Below are positions 46,650 through 61,008 of a stretch of 64,000 bases of DNA, in pieces. The stretch is from Selaginella moellendorffii (Eukaryota; Plantae; Lycopodiophyta). The notes below the pieces were generated by a model that saw nothing but the letters and a program-made list of their open reading frames with translations, had not been told where the DNA came from and searched no databases. The translations under genes were made by a program, and so were the position numbers. How positions within the stretch are numbered: position 1 is the first letter of the stretch; each line of letters begins with the position of its first letter. The DNA is taken from assembly GCF_000143415.4 (NCBI RefSeq), contig NW_003314262.1, forward strand, positions 3,544,405 to 3,608,404. Reading direction: 5' to 3'.

Positions 46650-49600
46650 TCATTTCTTCTTTCCTTTCCCTTTGCCTTTTCCTTTCCCTTTGGCGTCTTT
46701 GCCACCTTTTTTGTCGGCTGGTTTCTTCGGTTTGGCCCATTCCTGCGAGAGAAAAAAAGAAAGAACTTTCATTGGAGAGAAATATGAAAAAGAGAAATTT
46801 TACTCGAAGGCTTTCATGGAATGCTGGATCGACCGGCTTAGTGCTGTGAACGTCGTTTATAACTTCCTTGATAGTCAGTGGAAATCTTCGAAGCTACATT
46901 CACAGTTTCGAGCGTGAATCCATCGAGAAGGAGAAACAAGGAGAAAGTCTGGCTACCTTTCGCTTGCGCTTCTCCGTCAGGACCGTTTTGCAAACCTTCT
47001 CAATGGAGGCAACGCTGAAACCATCGCTAAGTTGCGAGATTGTGGACAAGTTGAATTGCTCCGTCACAACACCGCCGTGCCTCTCGATCAAAGCTCGCCA
47101 TATCCTCGACCTTGATCCATAATCGGGAAATGGAACGTAAATCCTCTTGGTGAAAAAATTCGGGAACACAGGTCGTTTCCCAGGCGCATCCTGCACGGCT
47201 ATTCGCATTAGAGATTTCCAGCGAGTTTGACATTACCTGTGGTCTGGAGGATGTCCCGAGGAAGAGAACTCGTTCTCCCGGTTTAATGTTTTTAACTTCT
47301 TTGGTAAGAGCTTTCTTAATTCTGTTTGGTTTGTCCTTGAGGCCCCATGTCTTTATCTTTTTCCGATCCGTTACGAAAAGCTGGAATTGAAGTGAAGTTA
47401 GTGGCGTTCTACAGGGATGGAAAAAGAAAAAAGAAACTTTGCTGACCTTTTCAACACCAGAGATATGGACCACCGAAGGTGCCATTATTCTCGCAAGCTT
47501 GAAAACCATTTGAAGCATCTTGGGACCTTGTTTCCCAGGATATTTTCCATCCAGCACTTGTGGGGACAAGTTGAAGTATGCTGCGCCAGCAGCCCGTGCC
47601 GATGCGTGTACCTGAAGAACTTTTCAAGCCACTACAACTTTGATGAATATAAAATACCAGTAGAGTTTTCCCGTTGCCTTCTGCCCCGTAAAGAAGGACT
47701 GACTTTATATACGGAGCATTCTGATGCACAAAGTCCGACACGAGAGGCATGATACAATACTCCACAACTGCTCTCTTTACCTGGACACGAGAAAAGGAAA
47801 GGATGCAAGATTGTCATGAATCTGAAACTCGAAAATCACCTGAGCTGTGGTGGGATCAAACCCAGTCGGATCAACCTCAAACGTTGGACCATAGAAAGTT
47901 TCCGTAGAAACATAATCCGACAGCTCTCTTTTGGGAAGAAGCTGGACAATCCCGTTTTTCACAAGTTCCGAGTATATGGATTCGATTGTTCTTTGAGCTG
48001 TCGGATCCTTCGGTTTCTTAGGCTTCTTTTTGGCAGGGGGCGGCGCATCCTTGTCTTTGTCTTTCTTCTTCTCTTTCTTCTTTTCCTTGGCACCCTTCTT
48101 TTGCTTTTTCCTGGCTGCTTTGAGCTCCGCGAGTATTTTTTTCTTGACTCGGTCGAGAATTACTCGTGTATTTTGATCAACTTCTAGTCTTATCTGCAAG
48201 CACAAGTCAGATACTTTCATGTTCAAAAAAATAGTAGTTACGAGCCTACCTCTTCGAACACCATCGGTCGAAGCTGTCCTTTTAGTCTGTCAGTGTCATG
48301 TTTTTGAGCCAAATTCGCCGAGTCGTCTTTGTCATGCCAGCTATGAGTGTAAACATCCACAGATTCTCGTACGTGTCGCAGAAAAAATGCAGGACACGAT
48401 GGAGGCTTCTCCTCGTCGTCCACAGGGAACACCAACGGAGGAAATGGACTGGCTTTTTTCTTTTTCTTCTTCTTGTCGTCCTTTTTAGCATCTTTCTTCT
48501 TCTTAGTTTCGACTTCAAAGTCGAACTTTGGCGGCGGAAAGACTATGAGTTTACTCCCACCGTCAGCTGGCTTTGGAAAGGGCGGAAACAAGCCAGTATC
48601 CGGATCTCTGTTCGCGTTAAGCCATGCGTTTATTTTCTCCTGGATTATCTCCCTCATTTCTTGTCCCTCCAGCTCTTTAATCTGCTCCTTTGCAAGTGCC
48701 ATTGCGTCCTGGTATTCCTGATAGCTCAATAGCTGGTTCTTCCTTCTTCTCAATTCTGTTTCTCTCATAAAACCGAAGGCGTAGTCCCGATCGCTGTTGC
48801 GCTCATACATATTCATTTCTGCAAAGAACATACTATTAGAAAGCTTACACGACAACCATAAACTTCACTACTTTCCCCCTTAAGGTAGAGAGCGCCCTCG
48901 GAAAGAATGTACCGAGTAGAGTAAGCTCGTCTTCAGCCGAATGTTTTACCCGACACCTTTCTAGAAATCCTCGGGCTCTTTTGCACAGTAAAGGAAAAAG
49001 TGCCAAAAAAGAAGCGCTCGTACACATTCAAGGATACGCGGACTGCATAACAACTGCAGCACCTTCTTGAGTTAAAGGTTCGTGACCTGCCTGTTGCTTT
49101 TTCAAAGCTTCTTCTTGTGTGAATCTAAAAACGGTTTGCTCAGTTATGTGTATCATGATACATGATTAACATACCGTGTCTTGGCCAAAGTAGCAAGTCT
49201 ATGACGTGCTTGCCTGCCTCGTTCATTAGCCTGGCATAAAAGGCTACTATTCACGTGATTTTTTTAAAGTAAATAGCTTACCTGTAATATTGCAATTGCC
49301 TCCTCTGGTGTATAGACAGGGAACTTGCTATCTGGTGATTGAGAATCGGCAGAGCCTTCTTGTTCGTGCTGTTCCTTCTCTTGTTGCAGGACCTTGATCT
49401 ATAAGACAATGTCGTATGAGCGAGAACTGAAATAAGATAAATGAAAATAGTATAGAAAGCAACCAAGAAATTGTCTCGTGTTTCAAGATTCCGGAGGTTG
49501 TCAGCAGTCAAAAGACGAGGCGGAACCACATCCAGAGCATCGGGAGTCAGTTCCAAATTCAGCTGAACTTCCACGCATCAGCTTTAGTAAATTGAGAATA

Positions 49601-50147
49601 AAAAAAAAAAAACTCATCCGGCTTACCAAAAGGTCTTCCAGGTAAATAATCTCCTTCCCGGCGTTCAGAAACACCATCCACTAAAAGCCAAGTTTCAAGC
49701 AGCATGCAGAGATATGTCGCGAACGGGCTTACATGTTTTAGCTCGAGAATTCTCCCAATTACCGCCTCCAAGGACTTCAAGCAATCGATGCGCTTTTGAG
49801 GGTGAATGATCTACACACAAAACAAGAGCCGAATAGTTTCATCTGCTTGTTTTATAATCATTAGTACTATACCTGATGATAGCAATCCTCCAGCATTCTA
49901 TATACTTGATAGTACTTGATATATATCCGAGAATAATCGGACAAATTCTGCGAGGGGTAAGAGGTCACTTCTTTCATCCCGGGTAAGCATGACATACCTG
50001 GGGCCCCAAGAAAGAAAACGAAGGAACTTCAATCGCAAGAACATCGACAAGCTGCCGCATAGCAATCTCCCATTGCTGATCAAAGAAACTGACCGCAACA
50101 ACCAAAATAAAAACTCTCACGCGAAGGAAATCTTACACGTTCGACAT
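46650..50147 (-). CDS. DRC11: IQ and AAA domain-containing flagellar protein (dynein regulatory complex subunit 11 / IQCA1), multi-exon
   Basis: 'YIKYYQVYRMLEDCYHQ.IHPQKR', IQ-like 'AAVVMQSAYP..RARGFLER', 'KDPTAQRTIESIYSELV', Walker A 'LLYGAEGNGKTLL', 'GKYPGKQG', Lys-rich tail ending GKGKKK-stop. Confidence 0.85.
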
Positions 50148-50799
50148 CGCTGCTGCAAAAGCTGATGCGCCGATCGGTGGATGCTAAATAATCGCAGATC
50201 CCTCTCGATCGATCGATCGAAGCTGCAAGAAAAAACAGCGCCTCGCGGCAATCGATCGATCGGCCATTGCTCACCTACAGCACGGCCGCAGATTCCAGCA
50301 GCGGCATTGCCCGCGACAGCGCCATCGCCATCGCCGCCGCTGCCGCCATCGCCATTCTAGCCCTCGCGAGAATTTGAAATGCGATCGACCTAGGGATCGA
50401 ATCTCATGGTGGTTACTTTTCTTGATATTCACACGTAGCCAAGCGGGACACGGGGAAGAAAAATAACCCTTTCCATTGCGCACAGTGATTGCCATTGAGG
50501 GAGAGAGAGCAAACCCTATGGCGATGGCGCTCTAGCGGCCAGGCCATGGAGCTTGGAGCGGTGCGGCGCGGCGATCCTCCTCCTTGCGCGTGACGCAGCG
50601 GCGGCGGCGCGCAATCGACCGCCAGATCCAAAGTGTTGCAAAGGTGTGGGAAGAAATCTCCCCTTGTTTCTAGGATTTCTCGTCATCGCGCACCGGGAAA
50701 AGCTGTGCGAGAGCTCGTAGATGATTAGGAAAGGAGGCATTGACAGCAGGACAGGATTATGCATCGGAGAGGGTGAGAGGAGGATCCCGGCGGAGTTCC

Positions 50800-52257
50800 A
50801 TGGATGAGAACTCGGATGCCGACGCTCGCCACATAGATACGTATCCTCTCTTGATGGAGCAGCACTCATCGTCGGCGGCGCCAGAGCACAGCGTCGTCAA
50901 CGTAGAGCCCGAGGCTTCCAACAGTGGGAATGCACAGCACCATCAACACCTCCAACAAGGACAATTGTCACAAAGGAATGGGGACGCTGCCACCGCTCCC
51001 CCTTCCAGCAGCTCATCCTCGTCGCGATCCACTCGCAACTACTCAATCCCCAGGCAGAGAATCAGTCCACTCAACTCGGGCCTCTGGATCTCCATCGAGT
51101 TGACCATCACGGTGAGCCAGATCGTGGCGTCTATCATCGTCCTCTCGCTCTCCAGGGACGAGAAGCCGCAGGCTCCACTCTCGGTCTGGGTTGCGGGCTA
51201 TGCCGCCGGCTGCCTTGCGACGCTTCCGCTTCTCTACTGGCGCTACACCCACCGGAATGGGACGACTCAAGCTCACGACCAACATGAGTCTCCCTCGCAG
51301 TCTACGCCATCCGCAGAGAGCCTTCCGCCATCGCCGAGGGGGACGTCCTACGTCGCGCTGAACATACCGTCGGCTTCCACGGAGGTGGTGGAGCCTCGGG
51401 CCCGGTCCCGAGGAAGGGACGTGGATTCCGCGAGTGACAATTCGGGGTATGGTGCTTCCTTTTGCTGTCTTTTTTATACTTTTCTCTATTGTTCTTCGAC
51501 TAATCTATTCATCAGTGTTGGAAGGCTGGTGGAGAAGTTCAAGATTGCGTTGGATTGCTTCTTCGCGGTGTGGTTCGTCGTTGGGAACGTGTGGATATTT
51601 GGCGGACACTCCTCGTCCCGCGAAGCGCCAAATCTGTACAGGTATGGAGACACATTGCGCTTTGCTTGTGCCTCATCATTTTTGTTTCCTGTTTCGGCAG
51701 GTTGTGTATTGTTTTCCTTACTTTTAGCTGCATTGGATACGCCATGCCCTTTATTCTGTGCGCGACTATATGTTGCTGCTTGCCGTGCATAATCGCACTG
51801 CTCGGCTTCCGGGAGGAGCAAGCACAGAATAGAGGCGCGAGCGCCGAGGTCATTGCGGCCTTACCGACATACAAGTTCAAGTCTAGGCCATCGAGCGAGA
51901 GTAAAGACGGGAGCGAATCTGATAGTGAAGGATCAAATGAGGGTGGCTTCGTAGCGGCAGGCACCGACAAAGAGCGTGCCGTGTCAGCCGATGATGCGGT
52001 AAGCCTGTCCTATAGTTTATCTCTGTCTCTCCTCCCTGACGTAATCTATGCAGGTGTGCTGCATATGTCTTGCTAGATACAGGGATGGGGAGCCATTGCG
52101 AGAGCTCTCGTGTACGCACCACTTTCATGTGGATTGCGTAGATAAGTGGCTCAAGATCAATGCGTCCTGTCCGCTGTGTAAGCTGGATGTTGGGGGCGCG
52201 AACGACCAGAGCGGCAATGCGGCTGGCAACGAAGCAAGCGAAGCCAGAGCAGCGTGA
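50800..52257 (+). CDS. Transmembrane RING-H2 E3 ubiquitin ligase
   Basis: 'SPLNSGLWISIEL', 'PQAPLSVWVAGY', 'KIALDCFFAVWFVVGNVW', 'CCCLPCII', RING-H2 'CCICLARY...CTHHFHVDCVDKWLKINASCPLCK'. Confidence 0.93.
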
Positions 52258-53339
52258 TGGATCCAGAAGGTTGGGCGCTGTCCGTCGAGAGGCGTGGTGG
52301 GGCGACCAGCAGCAAGGCTCTGGAGCGAGCGAGCGACGAGTGTCGGGTACTTATCAACTCGTAAGTGCTGCTTTATTTCCTCTCTCTCTCTCTCTTCTCC
52401 CCTCCCTTTTCTAAAAGAGCTCTTGCTAAGCGAAAGGTGCGACGAAGATGAAAGATGAAGAGATAATAAAATTACCCACGCTACCAGAATTTGGCTGACG
52501 CAGGTATATAGGCATTAGTTTGTGATTGTGTTTTGATTATCTACTAAAAAGGAGTTGAAAGGAGTTACCGAAGTGAACTTTTTGGGCCGCCCGATCCGGC
52601 CGATGCGGGTTAACTGTCAAAAGTTTACCACGTCCCCCCAACGAAATGTGTTGTTGATGTTTTTTCTTTCATTGGCCAATCGAAACAACTTGGACAGTTT
52701 TCTTGAGTTTTCTTTCAGAATGCAAGTTGCAGAAGAAGCATTTTCAACTCCTTGTGATATTTGTCTCTCGATCCATCTCAGGATGCAAACCAGGCATCGT
52801 GGAATAACGGATTCATCTCCCGTGATCATTACATGCTGTAAAAGAAATGTTGCCCATGCAACTCCATCTGCTGGCAAAGGCATACTCACCGGCGAGGCAG
52901 AGGTTGAGAAAGCCATATCTTTTTAATCTTTTATGTTAAAGGATAAAGGATACATTAGAAAACAAGGGCATAAAGAACATACCACGAATATCCAGGTATA
53001 TCACTGTCTGCGGTGGAGACGTGGTCCCTCAACATTTGGATCGTTATGTAACTCAGTACATTATCGATTCCGATCTGGAAGGCAAGATCCAGATTTTTAT
53101 CCACAGAACGAAGCAGTTTTCGAAAAAAACATGAAACAAGCATAAGAGGTACAGAAATCAAAGAAACTTGTACTTGTTCCAGAGTGTGCCTCGTTTCCTT
53201 AGCCTTGAATTTTTTGTGAACAAGCATCCAGCCACTGCTCCTCCACAAGTTTCTAGATTGACAAATGGACATTTCTTCATTATCCACACTTTATTCATTT
53301 CTACTAATAAAGTGTATGCAGTGGAGAGTCTGGAAACGC

Positions 53340-55275
53340 ACTGATCTTTAGTTTTTATTGTTATGCCAGCTGACAAGGAGGTAATTTCGGTTCACTGCTG
53401 AAGTGATAGCCTCAGGTTCCCATTGTTACCTTGTACTTGGAACCTACAGGAGTAAAGCGGTCGGAGCCATGAGACACTGCCGTAAGGAATCCTATATCCA
53501 CTTACAGTCTTGTTTCACCCAGCCGATTCTGGATTTTTCCATATCGTACACCACGACTTTGTCTTTCAAAATTGCATCTGCAATGCATACATGAAACCAA
53601 AATTGTGCAATCAATTTTGGTCCAAAATTTTGCAACTAAGCAAGGAAGTTACTGAGTACCTCCAAGGATAGTTGAATTGCCTACAGACCAACTGATGCAT
53701 ACAAGCCTAACCCCCTGAAAGTGAGTTGATTCAGAAAGCTGTAAGTAAGAGATACGCACGAGAACCAGACGAAGTACCTTTCGAGAAACTACGGCCTCGA
53801 GATAATTGTGAGCAGTTAACTCCATGGTTGCTCCGCCATCAAACTTAAGTGTCACATTCGGGAAATCTACCTCCACACTGTTCCTGGGAGTAAATAAAGT
53901 GCAGGATAAAACTAATCCGTACCTGTCTGAAATGGAGATGAAACATGGAGAACCGCTGGACTCGAGTGGAGCAGTCGGAATTGCAGTGGTGAATTTTGAG
54001 ACCTGCAGTTCTTAGAAGTGAGTAAGCCGGTGCTTAACGAAGCAAGCTAATCACTTACGGCCTTTACAAATAGCGCGAGGGCCTTGCTGGGAAATGTAGC
54101 ACTACTCGTGCCACTGTCAATGATAGTTCCGCCGTTGCCTACTGTTGCATTATACTCAAACTCACTTGCCTCAATTGGGAGAGCTTTTGAGTTGACGCTA
54201 AGACTAACCAGCTTCACATTATACACGATACTGCAAACATATAGAACCGAAGTCAAGCATCGAAGATGGACTATTCCAAATGCTAGTACTCGTTTGCAAG
54301 CATAGGCGTGTAGACCATCTCAGGAAACTCATCATTTTTACCCAACACAAGAATCCCGCCGCCCTCTTTTTCACCACTTAAGCAATGGTAGAAAATGTTG
54401 TATGAGCCTGCCTGAGCAGCAAGTTGGTTGGGCACCGAAACCTTACTCCTCCCGAATCCCATAATACCATCCACCGGCCAAAGTCCCGAAATACTCGTTG
54501 CACAGCTAAAGGAAGCGTTAGTTCAAATCTTGCAAAAAAAAAGCTTGTCGGGGAGTACCCCAGGAACATAGTAGTATTCAATGAAGCTTTGTGTCCAAGG
54601 TGCACGACATCTCTGAAATAGATACCTGTGGAACTGCTGGTGTCTTCATATGAGATATCATAAGCACAGCTGTTGTTGTTGCCTCTGCAGCTACCGCCTT
54701 CTGAACACAGTGGATCCGAACATGTAGCTGGGGATGCCGTTATTGATAACTCCGGGTCATAGAGTGTAATTGGACCCTGCATGATGATAGAACTACAGAC
54801 CTTCAGAAAAAATTTCCAGGTAGAACGCTAAAAACATACAATGACATTCTTTTTGCTGGAGCAACCTTGGCATAATTTGCATTTGAACCATAAGATATCG
54901 CTCCCTGTGTCCACAATAGCATTCAGGAATTGGACGGGATGCCCGACACCTATCTGAGCGTAATAAGTTCTGCACAGATTTTGAACACAAAATTAACCTC
55001 AAAACCCTTTTAAGGTACAAATTCCAATCTTACGCATCGGAAGTGGAACTTCCATTCAGCATGAGGTCGACTTCCAAAAGGAAGCGTCGACTCCTTGCTC
55101 GGGTATGGTCCATAAGCTGGCGAAAATGCTCCTCACTCATTCCTCGTTTCCCGGACTGCTTGCTCGATCCTTCAAGCTCAGAGAATCGATGCTTAAGTTT
55201 GAGAACTCCGGATCCGCCTGCATTCACAGAGGACATCAAGCCGATGGACACCAAAATAATCAGCCAATAAGACAT
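53340..55275 (-). CDS. Secreted A1-family (pepsin/nepenthesin-like) aspartic protease, multi-exon; 3' end approximate
   Basis: Signal peptide; catalytic motifs 'IVDTGSDILW' and 'IIDSGTS'; 'DGIMGFG'; 'ILG...LKDKVVVYDMEKSRIGW'. Confidence 0.85.
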
Positions 55276-55529
55276 TTTTCTGCAACTCCATTTGCAGCAA
55301 ATTTCAAAGCATATATATGCAAGCTCCCATTTGACAAATTCTCTAAGCTTGCACTATTTCTTAAGTACTGCGTCAAATTTTTTTTATCGAGTTGTGCCTG
55401 CAAGTGACTTTTTTTTTTCCTTAAAAACGGGTTGTACATGTGACTTTTGAGACCGGACCCAGGGCGACTTGTTCCGTATCTTGCCTAGTTCCCTCAAGAT
55501 TATCCAGCATCGCTGTGCAACTGCTGGAA

Positions 55530-58083
55530 TTGTTCAAATGCAGCCCCACAAACTGCTGGAATTATTGAAATGTTGGCTGCATTTTTGGCATAGGCTGCTT
55601 TTAATCCGTCGTGACTGTATAGATTTGGAACCATCTCGAGAGAGAAAGAAACACCAGTGAAAATCGTGGACCTGGCTGCCCAGCAAACACAAAAGCTCTT
55701 TAGCAACCACATTAAAGCCAACTTCATTAAGATTGCTGCTACTGTTTCAACCAGAGCTCGGCTCCGATCACCTTGTCTTTCAGAGTGATGTCCGCGTCGC
55801 GAAAACGAGACCAAGTGTTTTCCAGGGAAAAAAAAAAGAAAAAGAAAAGACCAAGCTATGCCGGCCAAGTTATGCAACAGCATTTTCAGGAAACGTTGCA
55901 CGAGGGAACATGCATTACCATACATCACCCACTAAAGACCACGTCAAGAACCTTTCGGAACAACACAGTCCATGAGTAGCTTGACAAAGCTGCTCATTTC
56001 ACACGCGAAGGTTCGGTGGAGCCATTTCGAGAAAACAAAAGATGGAAAAGATGATCGTCTGGTTCTCAGAAGCATTGATCCCTCAAATGTTTGGAGAACC
56101 CTAAACTCTTGTTGAGAAAGTTATTCGCTGCTGCTTCGTCATTCCTTAAGTTGTCCGACTGCCTGTGGTTTCGGAATGTGAGAGAGGAACAATCTTGACT
56201 TTCTAGTCTTTGAAAGAAATGACCTTGGAAGCAAGGTCCAGAAACCAAAGATTCTTCTACAGAAATTCAACGTGAGAAGAACGGCGCATAAACGTGGAGA
56301 GGCTCAACTCGCTCTGCAGTTTTAATGCATTTAGATTACAAGAAAACAGAACTTCCATAAATCATGGTTGCAACGCTAATTAAATTTGGCTTCTAGCCTT
56401 CGAACATTTGCGTCAATCTTCAATGTTATCCCTAGGTCTTCGTATAACTGACGCACTTCTGTATGTAGGCCAAGTCTATGGATCCTACAAGGGATAGTTT
56501 TTATTTAATATGTAAATTAAATTAACCAGATAAACAAACTTAATTTGAATCTATTTAATAAAAAAAACTATAATGAGTTTAGATTGATGCTCACAAGCTT
56601 TAGGAAAATATGTTATTTAGATAATTAAAGTATGCTAAAAGGTTAATTTGATATTAAGGTTAAAAACATTGTAATCCTATGTAAGTTTATTAGTTTTTAA
56701 TGATACAAATATTCCTTTTATTACATTTCACTTAAATGCTTAAGTATTAAGTAATAGGCTGGAAGTTTTTGAATGCAGCCCCACTGAAATCCTGGCTGCA
56801 TTTTTAGCATAGGCTTCGTGACATAGAAATTTTAATTTTGGAACCATCTCTCCAGACAAAGAAATTTAAACGGACCAGTAAAAATCGTGGAGGTTGCCCA
56901 ACAAACACAAAAGGCATTTACTTACAAGATGCGGTCACACTGATCCGTCAGCAATGCACGTTTCCGGTTTCATTAAAATTGCTGCTAGTCTTGTTTCAAC
57001 CAGCCAACTCGGGACCTTGTCTTTCAGAGTCATGTCTGCATCGGGAAAAAGAGACCAAGTGTTTTTGGAGAAAAGAAAATAAAAGAAAAGCCACTGTGTT
57101 TATGAAAGCTATGGTGTACCTGCCTGCCAGTCAAGCTATGGAACATATTGCGGGTCAAAATATGTTGCCCTAGGAAACATGCATTGCCATTTGAAGACCA
57201 CGTCAAGAACCTTTCGGAGGCTATGGGGACAATATAATTCTCAGGAGTCAGCACCATAGCCATTTACGAACAAGATGGGGCAGAAAAACTACTGGATGAT
57301 ATTCTTCCTCCAGAGCTACCTGTTTGCAGTAGAACCCTCATAATCCCTGAACTTTTGAGGATATTAGGGGCCACTTATTTGCTTTTATCTGGTTGTGCAT
57401 TGCATAATTGACAAGCTGTACAACATTGCCATTTGAAGACCGCGTCAACCTTTCGGAGACTATAATATGGGGACGTCGCATTACAGGTACTTCCTATCTG
57501 GAAGGCAAAATCCAGATTTTTATCTGCAGCACGAAGCCTAAAGTGTGCCTAGTTTCCTTCTCCTTGAATTTCTTGTGAACAAGTGTCCAGCCACTGCTCC
57601 TCCACAAGTTTCTAGATTGCCAAATGGACATTTCTCCATTATCCACACTTTATTAGCAGGGAGCCAACTGCACTACGTGTATGCAGTGGAGAAAGCAATG
57701 GTCTTTAGTTTTTATTGTTATGCCAGCCCAGCTGACAAGGAGTCAATTTCGGTTCACTGCTAAAGTGATAGCTTCAGGTTCCCAATGTTACCTTGTACTT
57801 GGAACCTACAGGAGTAAAGCGGTTGGAGCGATGAGAGACTGCCGTAAGGAATCTTATATCCACTTACAGTCTTGCTTCACCCAGCTGATTCTGGATTCCT
57901 CCATATCGTACACCACGACCTTGTCTTTCGAAATTGCATCTGCAACACATACATGAAACCACATTTGTGCAATCATCCTCATTTGCAAACAAACAAGCAA
58001 GTTATGGAGTACCTCCAAGATAAGTTGTAGTGTCTACAATCCAACTGATGCATTGAAGCCTAACTCAGATTCACAAAGCTGTA
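55530..58083 (-). pseudogene. Cluster of aspartic protease 3' relics (about 55530-55980, 56770-57460, 57470-58083)
   Basis: 57500-58083 duplicates about 53070-53745; 56770-57220 resembles 55530-55960; fragments 'LTPENYIVP', 'TLKDKV', 'FIVYDMEESRISW'-type segments carry deletions and stops. Confidence 0.7.
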
Positions 58084-59327
58084 GGGTTTAGGGTTTAACC
58101 CTAAACTGGAATTGATAATCACCTCGAAGTCTGAAAGAGTTACTAACATTATGGATATTGAGGCCAAAAGGTCAGCTGTAATCTACTTGTGGTGACTCAT
58201 TTTACATAGCACGTCAGAGAAAATCCAAGTGTTAGATCATAATCCTAATCTTAGTATTAGCCACCATAGACCATAGACACTTGGACCAAGTGCAAAGGAT
58301 GAGTGGCATGGATGCCATTCTCGGGGCAAGTCCCAAGTCTTGAATCGGACTTGAGGAGGTTGTGAATGAGACTCCTCTAAGTGGTTAAAGGTGTGATTAA
58401 ATGACTAAAGTAAAATGGAAAAATTAGTCGCTTACAATTTAGTAATTCCAAAACTCATGCAAAGAGATATGAGATATTTTGATTAGACAACTATAAAAGG
58501 AGGATCTAAAAAGGGAGAATAATCTTCTTTATTAATATAATATGTACTTCCAATCCACTACAAGGTTCCAAGATAAAACTAGACTGCAAGCAAGTTAAAA
58601 TAGAGATGATATTGTTGTAATGAGTCCTAAAATATTAATAAATGTAATTGTTATTTTAACCAACTTAGCCTTCTGTGTGATGATCCTAAGAGAAGATTTA
58701 TCAACTATTAATTGGCACTAATGTCACCTAGTGATAATGAAAAGGCTTAGAGATCTAAAGAAGAAATTAAAAATAGAGATAAGAAAGGAATTATCTAATC
58801 AAACAGCTTTTAAATTGGATTGGACATTCTAAATTTTTGGGACCATGGAAGATGAGGACACTACTGCCAAATTAAATGGATTTTGTATATATAATTTAAC
58901 CCCAAAAATTTTGTACAAGTTTTAAAATAGCCATCAATTTTGTTCTTCAATGTGATGATTGAGAAATGTTGATTGGATCATTATCAAACTTTTGTTCCAC
59001 CCAGTTTTGGAGCAATTAACACACAAGCAAGGTGCAATTCTAAATAATAACCACATTCACAATGTCTAACTCGTTTGCTCTTCTTAAAAAGCAAGAGAGA
59101 AGAATCCTCATAAAAGAGATTCAAATAATCCCACAGAAGAAGTATATGATCCAAATATTGAGAAAGCCATGGAACTTGACTAGACATCAAACTTATTCTC
59201 TATACTGCACCTAAATTTAGAGTCAAACTCATTTATAACTAATTTGGTTTGGATAGTTATCCACAATTTCAAAACAGGATATTTAGATAGGGTTTTAGGC
59301 GGTCATGTAGCCAACTGCTGTCATTTT

Positions 59328-59530
59328 CGTCTCGGTGAGTTTGTGCTGGACAGGCCAAAGCAGTGGGGATCCAGTGGAAGAGAAGCTCCTGGCAATCAAC
59401 CCCCAGACCTAGAGCGGAATCCTTTTCCAGTCAGCTTGAGCATCACATCTAGCAGCCACGACCAGTACTCCAAAGCTGGATCTTGTGTTAGAGATTACAA
59501 GGGGAAAAACTTTTAAAACATGCCACATTG
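59328..59530 (+). pseudogene. Deleted fragment of the adjacent alkenal/one reductase gene
   Basis: GAGTTTGTGCTGGACAGGCCAAAGCAGTGGGGATCC...GTGGAAGAGAAGCTCCTGGCAATCAA and GCAGCCACGACCAGTACTCC...AGATTACAAG match 60140-60540 with internal deletions. Confidence 0.75.
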
Positions 59531-59603
59531 TCTTGGTGTGGCTTTTCATTTGTTTTTTTTCTTTCTCATCTACGGAGGGGTTTAAAGGTGAGAAAAGTTC
59601 TAG

Positions 59604-60919
<1,316 letters not shown>

Positions 60920-61008
60920 AACCTTCTAAATACGGGTTTTAGGGAATCTTTGTATATATTCTTATTACTCTCTTCAGTTTTCTGCTCTCCTTCATAGTTG
61001 CAAGCCAT

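Noticed and set aside
45742-46917. 391-aa plus-strand ORF and other long antisense ORFs (38824-39342, 44415-45125, 25464-26165)
   Set aside because: Shadow frames of GC-rich or low-complexity coding sequence on the opposite strand.
52555-53300. ORFs downstream of the aspartic protease as a separate gene or extra domain
   Set aside because: Some exon-like signals, but no coherent gene model or recognisable domain could be built.
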